Shown here: positions 36,940 to 49,430 of the stretch, piece by piece
How the letters are laid out: every line of letters starts with the position of its first letter
Numbering within the stretch: position 1 is the stretch's first letter
Translations under genes and position numbers: made by a program
Origin: Dimorphilus gyrociliatus
Lineage: Eukaryota; Animalia; Annelida
Direction of reading: 5' to 3'
Assembly (NCBI GenBank): GCA_904063045.1
Contig: CAJFCJ010000071.1
Span: 55,065-119,064, forward strand
Length of the DNA stretch: 64,000 bases
Notes under the pieces: model-generated
What the model was told of the DNA's origin: nothing
The model's database searches: none
The model's input: only the letters and a program-made list of their open reading frames with translations

Positions 36940-39900
36940 TAATGATACAAAAAGTCAAATGTCAATTATTTGCAAACAACTTCAAAGATCTAAAAATACG
37001 TTCAATTTAAATCATGTAATTTAAATGAAAAACAGACTGAAGAAATTGGATATTTACTTCAAAATTGTTTAAATTTAAGAGAAATAGACTTGGGAAGAAA
37101 TGATCAAATGGGAAATGGCATTTTAAAAATTTGTGATGGACTTCAAAATTCTTCAGAATTTTTGGAAAAACAATCTTTTTCATTATGTAGTTTGAGTGAA
37201 AAAATTGGACAGTTGCTGAGGAATTGCTCTAATATAAAAGCTATAAACTTGGAAGGAAATGCTGAAATGGGAAATGGTATATTTGAAATTTGTAATGGAC
37301 TGCAAAACTCTTCAGATAGTTTGAAAGAACTTATCTTACATACATGTGAATTAAGTGAAGAACAAAGTAAGGCAATTAGAGATTTGTTAGAAAATTATCA
37401 AGAATAAAATTGATATACTTGGGAAGCAATAAAGAAATGGGAAATGGCACATTAAATATTTGCAATGGGCTTCAAAACTGCACAAATACTTTGGAAAAGC
37501 TTTCTTTTTGCCTATGTGATATAAATGAAGATCAATGTAAAACACTTGGAGATTTGTTATACAACTGCTCTAATATAAAAGTTTTAAACTTGGAAGAAAA
37601 TACTGAAATGGGAATTGGTATATTTGATATTTGTGATGGACTACAAAACTCTACAGATACATTGAGTTCTCTTTCTTTATGCTCCTGTAATTTAAAGATA
37701 GAACATACTAAAAAAATTAGAGATTTGTTAAAGAATTGCTCAAACATAAAAGTCATAAACTTATCAGAAAATACAGAAATGGAAAAGAAATAATAAGTGT
37801 TTGTGAGGAACTTCAAAATTCTTCAGCTACTCCGGAGACAATTATTCTCAGCTCATGTGATTTGAATGACGAAAAAGCTGAAGCAATTGGAAATTTGTTA
37901 AAAATATGTTCAAAAATAAAATCTATAAACTTGGCAGGAAATGAAGAAATGGGAAATGGAATATTCAATATTTGTGATGGACTTCAGAATTCTGCATATA
38001 CATTGGAAAAATTTCATTTTGAGTTTTGTAATTTAAGTGAAGAACATTGTAAAACAATTGGAAATTTACTTCAAAGTTGTAAAAATATAAGAGTTGTAAC
38101 ATTAGCAGGAAATAAAAGAATGTATAATGGTATATTCAATATTTGTAAAGGACTCAAAATTCTGCAGACAAACTTAAACTTCTTTCTTTTGAGTCATGTG
38201 ATTTAAGTGAAAATCAAATTCAAGATATTGCATGTTTGCTAAAAAAGTGCTCAGCTGTAAAAATCAAAAACTATACAGTAAATGCAGAAATCAGAAATCG
38301 AATATTGAACATTTATGAAGACCTGCAAATTTTTCAAAAACATTAAAAGAGCGTTTTTAAAATCATATAATATCCATGAAAAAGAAAGTAAAGTAATTGG
38401 AAGTTTGCTAAAAAATTGCTCAAATATAGAAATAGTATACTTAAGAGGAAATACTGGAATGGGTAATGGTGTATTGGATATTTGCAAAGGACTTTGTAAT
38501 TGTTTAAAGACTTTAAAGGAAGTTGTTTTGATATCCTGTTATTTAAATGAAAATCAAAGCAAAACTGTTGGAAATTTGCTAAAAATTTGTTCAAATGTAA
38601 AAGTCATAGACTTGACAGATAATGCTGATATGGGAAATGGGTTGTTGAATATTTGTCATGGACTGCAAAATTCTTCAAATACTTTAAAACAACTTTGTTT
38701 TTCTTCATGTAATTTAGATGAAGAACAAGGTAAAGCAATTGGAGATTTGTTAGTTAATTGTATAAATATAGAGATTATTGATGCAGAAATGGGAAATGGG
38801 TTATTGAATATTTGTGATGGACTTTGAAACTCTACAAATACATTGAAAGCTCTTGATTTTGAGTCATGTAATTTAAATGATGACCAATGTAAAGCCATTG
38901 GAGATTTGTTAAAGAATTGCTCAAAAATACTATATATAAACTTGGAGGGAAATACAGAGACTGGAAATGGAATGTTGGAAATATTTGATGGACTTCAATC
39001 TTCATTCAATACTTTGGAAGTTCTATTTTTATCTTTATGTAATTTGAATGAAGAGCAGAGTAGAGCAGTTAGCTTTTTGCTCAAACACTGCCCAAATATA
39101 AAAAAATTAAAAATAGGAGGAAATGAAGAAATGGGAAATAGCTTATTAGATATTGTTGAAAGACTTCAATACTGTACAAATGCAATGGAAGAGCTTTGCT
39201 TATCCTCATGTAGCATAACTGAAGAGCAAAGTAAAGCATTCGGTGGTTTGTTCAAGAATTGCTCAAATATAAGATTATTAAGATTGGAAAGAAATCCTGA
39301 AATGGGAATTGGCATTATGGATATTTGTGATGGTCTTCTAAACTCTTCAAATACTTTGAAAGTACTATCCTTAATGTGGTGTATTATAAATGAAGAACAA
39401 AGTAAAGCAATTGGAGATTTGTTAAAGAACTGCTCAAATATAAATATAATAGACTTGGGAGGAAATGTAGAAATGGGAAATGGAATATTCAATATTTGTG
39501 ATAGACTTCAAAACTCTTCAGATAGTTTGGAAGAACTTATCTTATGTTCATGTGATATAAGGGAAGAACAAAGTAAGACAATTGGAGATTTGTTAAAGAA
39601 TTCCTCAGGTATGTATGTAATAAACTTGGGAGGAAATACAGAAATGGGAACTGGCTTTTTGAATATTTGTGATGGGCTTCAAAGTACTTAGCATTCTCTG
39701 AAGGAACTTTATTTTTGTTCATGTAATTTAGATGAAGCACAAAGTCATGCAATTGGAGATTTGTTAGAGAATTGCATAAATATAGAGTGTATTGACTTGA
39801 GAGGAAATGAAGAAATGGGATATGGGTTAGTGAATATATTTTATGCAATCAAAACTGTGCAAAAATATTAAAAAACATACTTTTAAGCTCATTTATTTTA

Positions 39901-39984
39901 AATAATGAACAAAGAGAAGCAAAGGGATATTTACTTAGGCATTGCCCAAGTGTTAGGGTTACAATGAAGGAAGCGAAACCATAG
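36940..39984 (+). pseudogene. Long RNI-type LRR array (about 17-18 57-aa double repeats), multiple frameshifts and stops
   Basis: Repeating LLKNCSNIKxINLxGNxEMGNGIFxICDGLQNSSxTLxxLxLxSCNLNEEQSKAIGD across ORFs 37090-39691. Confidence 0.9.
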
Positions 39985-40369
39985 AATATTTGTCCAAAAG
40001 AATAAACTTAACTGAAAGATTGTTAAGTTTCATTTGTGTAATTTTCTGTTGATTTATAGAATTTTTTTTTTTGGTAAAAAATTTCAAGTCCAACCCAACA
40101 CAGTATTAGATTTTGGACTCGGATAAAATTTTGACATGAAAAATGTTATTTAAAACTGACTTTTCAAATATATATTTCAAGTCCAAACTGGAGGTTAAAT
40201 CACCCTTTACCTTAGATTCAGTGGTATTTCATGAGCAGGTAATGAATATGGTTTTGGACCGCCCCATGCAAAGAGGATTAGCCATATATGTACAGAGGAA
40301 GAAACATAGAATTGATTCTAGCTCTTCCTTTGATACATTTTATGAAATGTGACTTACTTGATTGTTATA

Positions 40370-40707
40370 CCTGTGATTATCTTATGGCTACCCTCTAATT
40401 ATTGTTGAACGTAAGGTCGGATGCTAGTGACAGTGTCTAAGGCTGCCAATTTGACAGCCAACTTCACCTACCATGATCTTCAGAACTCCATAGCTCTGCC
40501 ACTGCTTGGCCGATTTGGCTGAAATTTTGTACAGTGGTTCAGTTCAATTGATATAGTCCTGTAGAAAATGTCATTAGAATCAGAGCAAGTTTAATTTTCA
40601 ACTTGTGTCAGTGGTCGACTTACTTTTCTGACCACCAAAAAGGTGATTTGTAGCGAACTAAGTATATATCCTCTGATATAGTAAGTCTATCAGAAGATCA
40701 GTCTAGT
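40370..40707 (+). mobile_element. Helitron/Helentron-like non-autonomous element (3' end)
   Basis: CCGATTTGGCTGAAATTTTG core; hairpin TCTGATATAG-TAAGT-CTATCAGA (40672-40694) then CTAG|T at 40703-40707; 5' end uncertain. Confidence 0.45.
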
Positions 40708-41168
40708 GAAAATCAAACCAGGCACTTTTTCATTCACTTGAAAAGGGTCAATAGACCCAAAATATTGTGAGGTTTTTATGAATTGTTAAGTTATTGTGAT
40801 ACAAGTTCTCTTCACCTTTGTTGAGAGTTTGTATTTGGTTAAGCTAAAATGCCGATTGGAATTGCCTTTCCAACAATAATTATTATTGGAACCTCATTCA
40901 TATTATGGCTTGCATATGAAAGAAGATCTAGCAAACTTACTAGGAAAAGACTTTGGAAATACTTAGAAAGAAGGAAAGCTCAACCCACAGCTCCAGATAT
41001 TCAACAAGAGGAACTACAGATCCCAACATACTCAAATTAACATTTTTAGTGAATGTTCAAATTCTTTACAATCATCATTTTATTCACTATTCAGCAGTAT
41101 TGCATACACAATACTACTCTAGACAACATGCATTAACCAGACATACTTCCTCCTTATATACTCATCCT

Positions 41169-43050
41169 TCAATTATTTTTATCTAACAAAATGACTGTTA
41201 CTTCACACAAATTCACATCATTAGCAGCGTATTTTTGGTAATTTTTTACAATTTGTAAATGATGAATTTCTCCAAATTTACAAATATATTTACATAGTTT
41301 AATAGAAAATTGTGAATTTTCAAAACCATGAAAGGGACATTGAATGAGTGATTGACTACCACAATTTTCATTATTATCTTCCTTATAAATCATAATATCT
41401 TGACAATCGAATGGATATTTATTCTCTTTAAACCATAGATTAACTTGCATAGAACTATTTGCCAAACTTTCTGTTAAATTGAATATTGGATGAACAAGTT
41501 TGTAAATTATTATCAACAATATCTTGATTATTTGATTGAAGAAAATCCTTTTTAGCAAAACAAGTCATTTTACCAAATGTTAATTCAACTTGTGATGTTT
41601 CATTATCATTAAATATTTTACTAACACAAACTTGTAAGATTGGTAAATCATTTGTTGATAAATTTATAGACCCAGTATAACTTCCATTAAAGTTATCTAT
41701 ACATTTACACTTGGTAAATTGATCATGAAAGCAACTTTCTTTTCCATCTAAAAATTTTAATGTTTTCTTATTTGAAGCAAAGATTACTCCTTCAATATTT
41801 TCTGATTTATAATTTTTACAGAAAATAGTAAGGTATTGTTTGCAAAAAAAGCTGTTAGCTGCCAAATGATATTTCAATTTTCTAAAGATTAAATTGCTTG
41901 TACTACAAAACAAAAAACAAAACAAGGAGAAAATGGTGAATCAATTTATTTTGAAAGGTTTTTACCTGGGGAAATAATGACTTTCAGCACATTGGTCAGT
42001 TGATATTGGATTGTACATCTTTTTACCATTACTTAATGATACCACATCAGATGATTTTATATAACTTGTTGCAGAATCACAAACAATTTGGTTGGGTTTT
42101 AATCTACGACCAATTGCTTTAATTTCATTCAAACCATGAAATATCTGATTATTGCTCTTATAAAATAGAAATCTAAGAAATTTTGTTGTCAATTTTGTTT
42201 GTAATGATGTAAATAAACTAGATTTATTTACAATCATTTCAATTAAATTCTCATCAGATTTTATAGTTATAGTATCAATTTCATTTTCAATTGGCTGTTT
42301 TACAATAATATGTTCAATTAAGTATCTATCATGAAATTTTATTTCAATAAATATATTTTCATCAGTTGCCAATGGTTTCCACATTTCATCAATATAGACA
42401 ACAGAATCTTTTATGGCTAATTTACAATTACCAGTTGATGATTGGCAAGTTGAACCACTTTCAATTCTTGAAACATCCCATAACATCCAATTATCAATTA
42501 CATATAAAAAGACAGAGGAATCTTTAAGTTTTGATTCATAAGACCATTCATAACATGATAGAAAATATTTATCAAAGCCAAGAATTTGAAATTCACCAAT
42601 TTCTAGATCATTAAATTCTGATTCGCTTACAATTATGTAGATTCTTTTTATAAATGTTACATTAGAAAATTCAATTTCATTCCAACCATTTGTAAAGTTA
42701 TGCTCTAAAACATAATCTTCTGCATCATCTAAAAATGTTAATGTAAAATTCAGTTTTTCGTGTCCATTACGTAATTTCAGGAAACGTAACATATGCAATT
42801 TAAAATGTTCTCCACTTTGAATTCGAAACCATATTTTAATTTGGCTTATATTTTGTCTACCAGCATCAGTCTTATATTTAAAGGACGTGTCATCAAATAA
42901 ATTGCCAAATTTATACATTCCCAAGTGTACTGAACCACTTACATCAACATACCTGTGTGGTGAAAGAAGATTTACATAATCTTCATAAAATCCAGAGATT
43001 AGTGGTACAAATAGTAGTATCGCACTAAAAGATATTTTTGTCATATACAT
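41169..43050 (-). CDS. Secreted multi-F5/8(FTP)-like domain protein, 2 exons, apparent frameshift near 41475
   Basis: Signal MTKISFSAILLFVPLISG; HGLNEIKAIG, DNNLQTC, NLCEVTV; GT-AG intron ~41893-41964. Confidence 0.65.
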
Positions 43051-44511
43051 TTATTTTTTCTTCAATTTCTTCAAAGGACAATTTTCCAACTAATAAACAG
43101 TTTTCTAATATATTGATAATCAATGGTTCAATTCTTCTAGGAATGATTAACAAGTTGAGTATTTATTATTTATGACAAAACATGTATGTTTAATAGATGT
43201 TTATATTTATTTTATTGACCTAATTTCAGTATATAGACATAGAATTATAGTTTCATATATTTCTCTCAGCCTATCTCATTTTTAAATAATTAATGATGTG
43301 TGTACACTTATAAACTACATCTTTTGAAGATTGTATATTTTTTTGTTACTATATCATAAGATCACTAGAGTAAACATGTGATATTGATCAGCATAAACAA
43401 GTACATAACTGAGCTAGTTGCTTATAATACTATTGCATAATAAGTGTGTGGTCCTGATGAGCCTTATCTAGGAATTAGATCCCTGTGGTTCAATGCCTGT
43501 AGTGCATGATAAGAGAATGTATATAAACCAGGGTGTAATTAGGAAAGGTGGTCAGAAAGACTTGATACAACCTCTGTGAACCAAGTTGTAAAACTGGCTT
43601 CATATTCCTCTCACTATCAATCCTACACCTTTAGCTATCTCACTCATACTTTGGTTCTTATTGGACCCTTACTTACTTATAAACCCTAAATAAGAGAGTA
43701 CTGTGATTGTTAATATAAAATTTGATTATTTAAATATCCATCTGTTTTAAAGAAAGCTTCTTTTTACTTTCTTTATTAAGTTTGAAAAGAAAAACTGGTT
43801 TGATATGAAGAAAACATTTAATGTTCTATTTTCTATGCCCTATCCTCAATTTGCGCTATGTAAAATATGCTGAGTCATATATTGGTTAACAAATTTTATA
43901 ATTAAATTTTTCTACAATTGACCTTCACCTTTGAATTGATAAAATGTTAGAGATTATAAAAATCTATTATTATCAACTTATGAAATAAAAATATCAATGT
44001 TCAAAGGTGATAAGAAATTTCTTAAGAGTTCAGTATCCTCTAAATTTGATAAACTAAATTTATTTAATATTTTAAGATGAAACATAAAACAAAGCAATTG
44101 ATGTCAATTTCCAATTATCACTATATAGACTATGACTGGTTTCTATTGATAGACTGTCTCCCTGTTCCAATTTTAATAATCCTCCTCTGCTCATAATCTC
44201 AGTAGCTGCTCTACTCCTTAGCCTTTGCATACCTAATTTTTGTTCATTATATACCATAATATATACTACGCATTGTGAAAATGGCCATGTTCCAACAGAT
44301 ATATCAATATAATATAAACCGGAAATGGAAACTTTATAAGAATTTTCTATAGAATTCCAACCAGAATTTGTATCATAAACAATTTGTTGATAGGCAATTT
44401 TAACCCTTTGGGTTGTTTGTAAATTTTCTGTTCTATAGGCATAAAATGCTGGACGTTGTTCAGTAGCATTGAGTTTAAATCCTGATATATAAGTATACAA
44501 TGATGTTGATC
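42477..44511 (-). repeat. 2,035-bp inverted duplicate of 60936-62970
   Basis: Reverse-complement identity with only scattered substitutions (e.g. DAGRQ/DASRQ, DDAED/DDTED, MVYNE/MVNNE). Confidence 0.95.
44072..44511 (-). pseudogene. Duplicated 3' fragment (last C1q domain) of the 59422-61375 gene
   Basis: Translation almost identical to the C-terminus of ORF 59708-61375; 5' side fused to MULE sequence at a GATC. Confidence 0.9.
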
Positions 44512-45560
44512 AAAAATTTTCTTTTGGATGTCAATATACTTTTTCTTTTGATGTTTGTAAATCCTTTTTTCTGACAGTAATTTCTCATAAACTGCAATCA
44601 ACTCAGACTCTTTTTTTTAGTTCATCAACCAGCATGTAAAAAGACCCTTTAGCAGGTAGCTTACTGTTCATTCTTTCATGCCATCCTTCACAATCATTAT
44701 TGGTCCTAATAGACAAACCAAAAACTGACCAGTTATTTGGTTTCCATAATTTATTTTTGATCCAGTTTGTTTGGAAGTATTGCAGCAGGTCTAAAAATTT
44801 ATTTTTTTCACAAAGTTCTGCATTTATACTGTCAAATGTTGGTTGAATAATATGTGCTGGCAAGAATGGCAGAGCCATCAATTTTCTGAAATCTTTCCAA
44901 TCATTTCCTTTTTCTTTGTATTTCTTTACATAGCCAAGAGCCTATTCAATAATATAAGTTATTCAATAGATAATGTTATATATATTTGAATGTAACTAAC
45001 TTGTATTTTCCTATACACTGCTTGTGTGAAATGAAATATGCAACCTTGAAATTCAGTGAGGGGATATACTTTTGATAATGCTTTCCATAGTCCTTTTTCA
45101 AAGTCCATTGTAATTCTTTTTGGATGAAAATCATTGATAAGATTGTTGATATGCTAGAAGAAAGCAACTTTATTTATCATCACTTTTGAAGAGATAATAT
45201 GAAATATTTACCTGAAATTTTTGTAAGTATGCTTTGCTATGCTTTGATGTCAGGAAAATAAAAACAAGAGGAACTTGCTTCATATCACCACTCTTCTTAA
45301 CAAATGAGTGAATAGTGACAAGTTGATAAAATGCTTCTTTTACAATCTTGAAAGCACCATCAATGTACCAACAGTTGGATTTTGATAATAAATTCAGCTG
45401 ATGGTTTGTTGCAAAGATTAAAATTCTTTCTCCATTTTCACAAATATCTTTCTGCAAAATTTCATCAGGCAAAAATGTTTCATCTAAATTAAAGTTATAC
45501 AGGTACATTCGCACCCACCCAGGGTACGTTCGCACCCAGGAACGTTCGCACCCGACCCCC
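44512..45560 (-). mobile_element. Internally deleted MULE (family C)
   Basis: GGTACGTTCGCACCC TIR units 45500-45555; WYIDGAFK, LPFLP, RTNNDCEGWH on the minus strand. Confidence 0.85.
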
Positions 45561-45599
45561 AAAAACACACCTCACCAACTTAACAAGCATATAGTGTTT

Positions 45600-46073
45600 T
45601 GTACAACTTTGGTTATATTTTACATGCTTGAACTCTATTATTTTATGCAACTTATATATGTACATCTTAAAACCTATGCAAGAAAATGCTATAACATTGG
45701 CCAAACATAAGTCTGATTAGTCAGCTTGAAGGCTCATCTTTAATTACCAATAAAGGTTGGGCCAAGTTATAATTTAATTAACTTGCCTAGGGTGTAGCCA
45801 AGTTATAATTCAATTAACCTCCTAAATCTTGAACCTTGTAACATCCCGTTACTAAACATAAATATGAACTACACATTTTGGCAACTGTAAAGTGATGATT
45901 GGATATCAGAGGCAAACCTCAAAGTATATAAATCCTCACTATTCTCATTTTGCATGCAGCTTCCATCTGGATCAAAGGACCTGGGAAGATAGCCTGGAAA
46001 CAACCTCCACTGGAACCATCCATCTACTCCTCAACATTGAAAGACAGTTTGGTAATTTGGCAACCTGCTATTA
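45600..46073 (+). repeat. 3'-truncated LTR of the Gypsy family
   Basis: Aligns to 5786-~6260. Confidence 0.92.
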
Positions 46074-46411
46074 AGAACTAAAAATAACTCTTTCAAGATT
46101 CTATTAGTTTGAGTACTTTGGCAAATTGGTGAATGATTGGAAAGGACCATTACAGTTGTGACGAACCAGAAATTCTGACTACTGTAGTCTCTGACAATAG
46201 CCAATTGTGTTGCAGCATGCCAAATTAACATTGAATTATGCTTAGACATTCAAATATTTAGTTAAGACAATCAAACTTTTTTTGCATTATTCACCCAGGC
46301 ACAAAATGTTTTATTTTTATTTTATTATTATAGTATTCTTATTAAAAATAACAAAAACAAGGAATAGAGGTGAAACTGAAACTAAAAATAGAAAAATTCC
46401 ATATTGTCAAA

Positions 46412-47896
46412 ATGGCGACCAAACAATATACTCTGCATGAAAATGAAGTGGAATGTTCAATTTGCTTTGAATCTTTAGTTGGAAGAGATCAAAGAATGCT
46501 ACCATGTCAACATACATATTGTCTTGAATGCATTCAACAACTCAGAATTGAAAATAGTGCAATTTGTTGTCCTCAATGTAGACAAAATATGAAAATAAAA
46601 AATGGAGATATTAATCAACTTCAACATAATCGAATTATAAAATCTGTAATTGATATTAACAAGGAGCCCAGCTTATGCAAATATCATGCCAAAAAGTCAG
46701 ATATTTATTGCCAAACACATAATATTCAAGGTTTATGTACTTCATGTTTGGATGAAAACCATGAGTCTTGTCAAGTTTTCTCAATGGAAAAATATCAAAA
46801 ACCGGAGGAACAATTCCGAATAATTTTAGATCAAGACCAAAAGAAAATGACTGAGATTTTTAATAAAATTAATGAACATGAAAGAAAATCAATAGAAAAA
46901 ATAAAAAACAAATACAACATTTTGAGGGATAAATTTACAGAGTTGAATAAACTTAGGATTCAATTTTATAAAAAATTCACAACTGAACACAAAAAACTGG
47001 AAAATTTATTAATTAACTCCAAGAAAACCAAGAATGAAGAAATAGAAATATATTTAGATTTTCAAGTTGATTATGATTTTTTCAAATGTTTTGATATGAA
47101 CATTAAAAATGCAGAAAAAGATTTAACAGATAATCAATTCAAAGCATTATCAATGTTGAAAAAACACTTAGAAAATGAAAAAATTGAAATATTTAACAAA
47201 CCAATAATTTGTAATAATGTGAAAGATTTGGCAAATCTAATGAAATCCAGAATTAAACCAATTAATTTAGATTTTAAAGAAATTAATTTAAACAGTGAAA
47301 AAACTGAAGATATTAGTAATTTACTAAAACATTGTTCCACAATAGAAACAATAAATTTAGCTGGTAATAAAGAAATGGATGAAGGAATATCACTTATTTG
47401 TGAAGAACTGAAGATGTCATCAAACACCTTGAAAAATCTTGATTTCCATAATTGTAATTTACAGAGACAACAATGTAGAGATATTGGAAATTTACTAAAA
47501 CATTGTTCTTCAATAGAAACAATAGATTTATCAAGGAATCCAGGAATGAATGAAGGAATATCACTTATTTGTGAAGGACTAAAGATGTCATCAAACACCT
47601 TGAAAAATCTTGATTTCTGTAATTGTAATTTACAGAGACAACAATGTAGAGATATTGGAAATTTACTAAAACATTGTTCCACAATAGAAACAATAAATTT
47701 AGCTGGTAATAAAGAAATGGATGAAGGAATATCACTTATTTGTGAAGGACTAAAGATGTCATCAAACACCTTGAAAAATTTTGATTTCCATAATTGTAAT
47801 TTACAGAGAGAACATAGAGATATTCAAAAGTTACTAAAACATTGTTCCAAATTAAAAACAATAGATAGCAAGTCTGGAATTTGCACAATCAGTTGA
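46412..47896 (+). CDS. Intronless RING-B-box-coiled-coil (TRIM-like) protein with C-terminal RNI-type LRRs, 494 aa
   Basis: AAAATGGCG start; C3HC4 RING CSIC..LPCQHTYCLECI..CPQC; B-box2 CKYH..IYCQTH..LCTSC..NHESC; helical Lys/Glu-rich segment; three near-identical 57-aa (171-bp) LRR units. Confidence 0.9.
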   Translation: MATKQYTLHENEVECSICFESLVGRDQRMLPCQHTYCLECIQQLRIENSAICCPQCRQNMKIKNGDINQLQHNRIIKSVIDINKEPSLCKYHAKKSDIYCQTHNIQGLCTSCLDENHESCQVFSMEKYQKPEEQFRIILDQDQKKMTEIFNKINEHERKSIEKIKNKYNILRDKFTELNKLRIQFYKKFTTEHKKLENLLINSKKTKNEEIEIYLDFQVDYDFFKCFDMNIKNAEKDLTDNQFKALSMLKKHLENEKIEIFNKPIICNNVKDLANLMKSRIKPINLDFKEINLNSEKTEDISNLLKHCSTIETINLAGNKEMDEGISLICEELKMSSNTLKNLDFHNCNLQRQQCRDIGNLLKHCSSIETIDLSRNPGMNEGISLICEGLKMSSNTLKNLDFCNCNLQRQQCRDIGNLLKHCSTIETINLAGNKEMDEGISLICEGLKMSSNTLKNFDFHNCNLQREHRDIQKLLKHCSKLKTIDSKSGICTIS

Positions 47897-48075
47897 TATA
47901 AATGAAATAGAAAGTAAAGTAATTGGAAGTTTGCTAAAAAATTGCTCAAATTTAGAAAAACTAAATTTAAGAGGAAATACTAGAATGGATAATGGTGTAA
48001 TGAATATTTGTGAAGGACTTTGTAATTCTACAAAGACATCAAAGGAATTTGTTTTGAAATCCTGTTATTTAAATG
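47895..48075 (+). pseudogene. LRR remnant in a different frame immediately after the TRIM-LRR stop
   Basis: INEIESKVIGSLLKNCSNLEKLNLRGNTRMDNG, closely similar to 38365-38550. Confidence 0.7.
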
Positions 48076-48984
48076 CTCCTTTTCCCATCAAACCAGATGA
48101 TCCTGTTATCACAACTTTCATATCTTCTTCTGAGTATTATTCCTCCTTATACAAACTGCTGGGATAAATTAGAGCTTAAAATCAAAATTAACCTTCTGCA
48201 AATGCAATTTCACATATATTGATCAGATCTATTATATAATAAATCAAATATATTCAACTAGAATGTATATAGCGTATTGACCTACTTTCTCCTAATCTAT
48301 AGTGCCTAGATTGGCTTGATAAAAATTTTCTAATGATTTTATTAAGAAATCTACAAGATTGCGATAATAGAAATAGAGATAAATGAATTCTTTTTTCAAC
48401 AACATTCGAGCCTTTATGCTCAAATAATAATAAAAAATAATTTCTATATTCACCTGCACTGAAAATCAAAATGGCTGCCAATATGGAGATTGATCTAAAT
48501 GTTTACTACTTGAATTTTTTTATTGACTATCTTCTAAAGGAAATAAATAATATAAAATAAAAAAGTTTAGTTTTTGTGGAATAATTCGATGAATAAAGCT
48601 ATTTTTTGACGATGATATAGTAGACGTTTTCATTTATGGCCGTTTTCAACAGGACCCGTGGAGATTTTAATGCTTGTTTGGCTAAGATAAAAGAGAATAA
48701 AGGTCTTAAATACATTAATGTTAATTACAAATCCACCAGGAAACGGTGGGTCAGTAAGAATTGGAAACAGGGACTAGCATCTTTCCCCATAGACTAGTGA
48801 AACACAAAGATGTCGGTCTCTACTTACAAGGTAAACCCCTTTACTAAAGTGAGTCAAACTGAGAAGACCATTTCAAGTGAGATGGTGAAGATATCCCAGT
48901 ATGGAATGATTTTAAAAATAATGTTTGGAATAAAGGTTGTGAGACTTTGAATAGGGCGAATGAAAGGTATAGCAAGCCTCACCA

Positions 48985-49430
48985 AAATAGCTCTAGTTCA
49001 GGATTTCAAAATGCTGTTGAAACAATCTACAGCAAAGACGATATCATCATCAAACCTCCAGATAAAGGAAACAACATTGTAATCTTGAACATAAAGGTCT
49101 ATTTGACAGAGACTAACAGACTATTATCTGATAATAACACCTACAAAATGGTCTCTTTTCCTATTTCAAAATCAAGACATTCTGAAATCATCTCTATCCT
49201 TACAAAACTTAATAAGGAGGACTTTGTAATAAATAGGATGATAAAAAGAGCTTAGCTCAAAATGAAAGCTACAGACTGGTATTTTTATCTTCTTCCAAAA
49301 ATTCATAAAGAAAATTGGACAATTCCTAATAGGATGCCACTTGGGAGACCAGCTGTTTGTTTCAGGGAAGTGATTTATATCTTCTCTCCTGTTGGCTAGA
49401 TGCTTGTCTTCGACCATTGGCTATGGTGTG
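48985..49430 (+). mobile_element. Penelope-like element RT fragment
   Basis: DDIIIKPPDKGNNIVIL...Y...LLSDNNTY and FYLLPKIHKE..P..RP, typical of the PLE RT N-terminal region. Confidence 0.7.

Noticed and set aside
43330-43740. LTR-like segment inside the duplicated block
   Set aside because: Has TATA-like and TG-start features, but no clear terminal CA with TSD and no independent copy
44508-44511. GATC junction as a restriction/Hi-C ligation chimera
   Set aside because: The partner junction at 62970 is not GATC and the duplicate copies differ by substitutions; cannot be fully excluded without reads
46090-46230. Possible LGR/GPCR ectodomain fragment (VVSDNSQLCCSMP)
   Set aside because: Too short and interrupted to support
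47134-47769. Long antisense ORFs opposite LRR genes (also 7779, 8298, 39166)
   Set aside because: Shadow frames of repetitive coding sequence
48655-48960. LINE endonuclease fragment (GDFNA)
   Set aside because: Only one short motif; no supporting RT in frame
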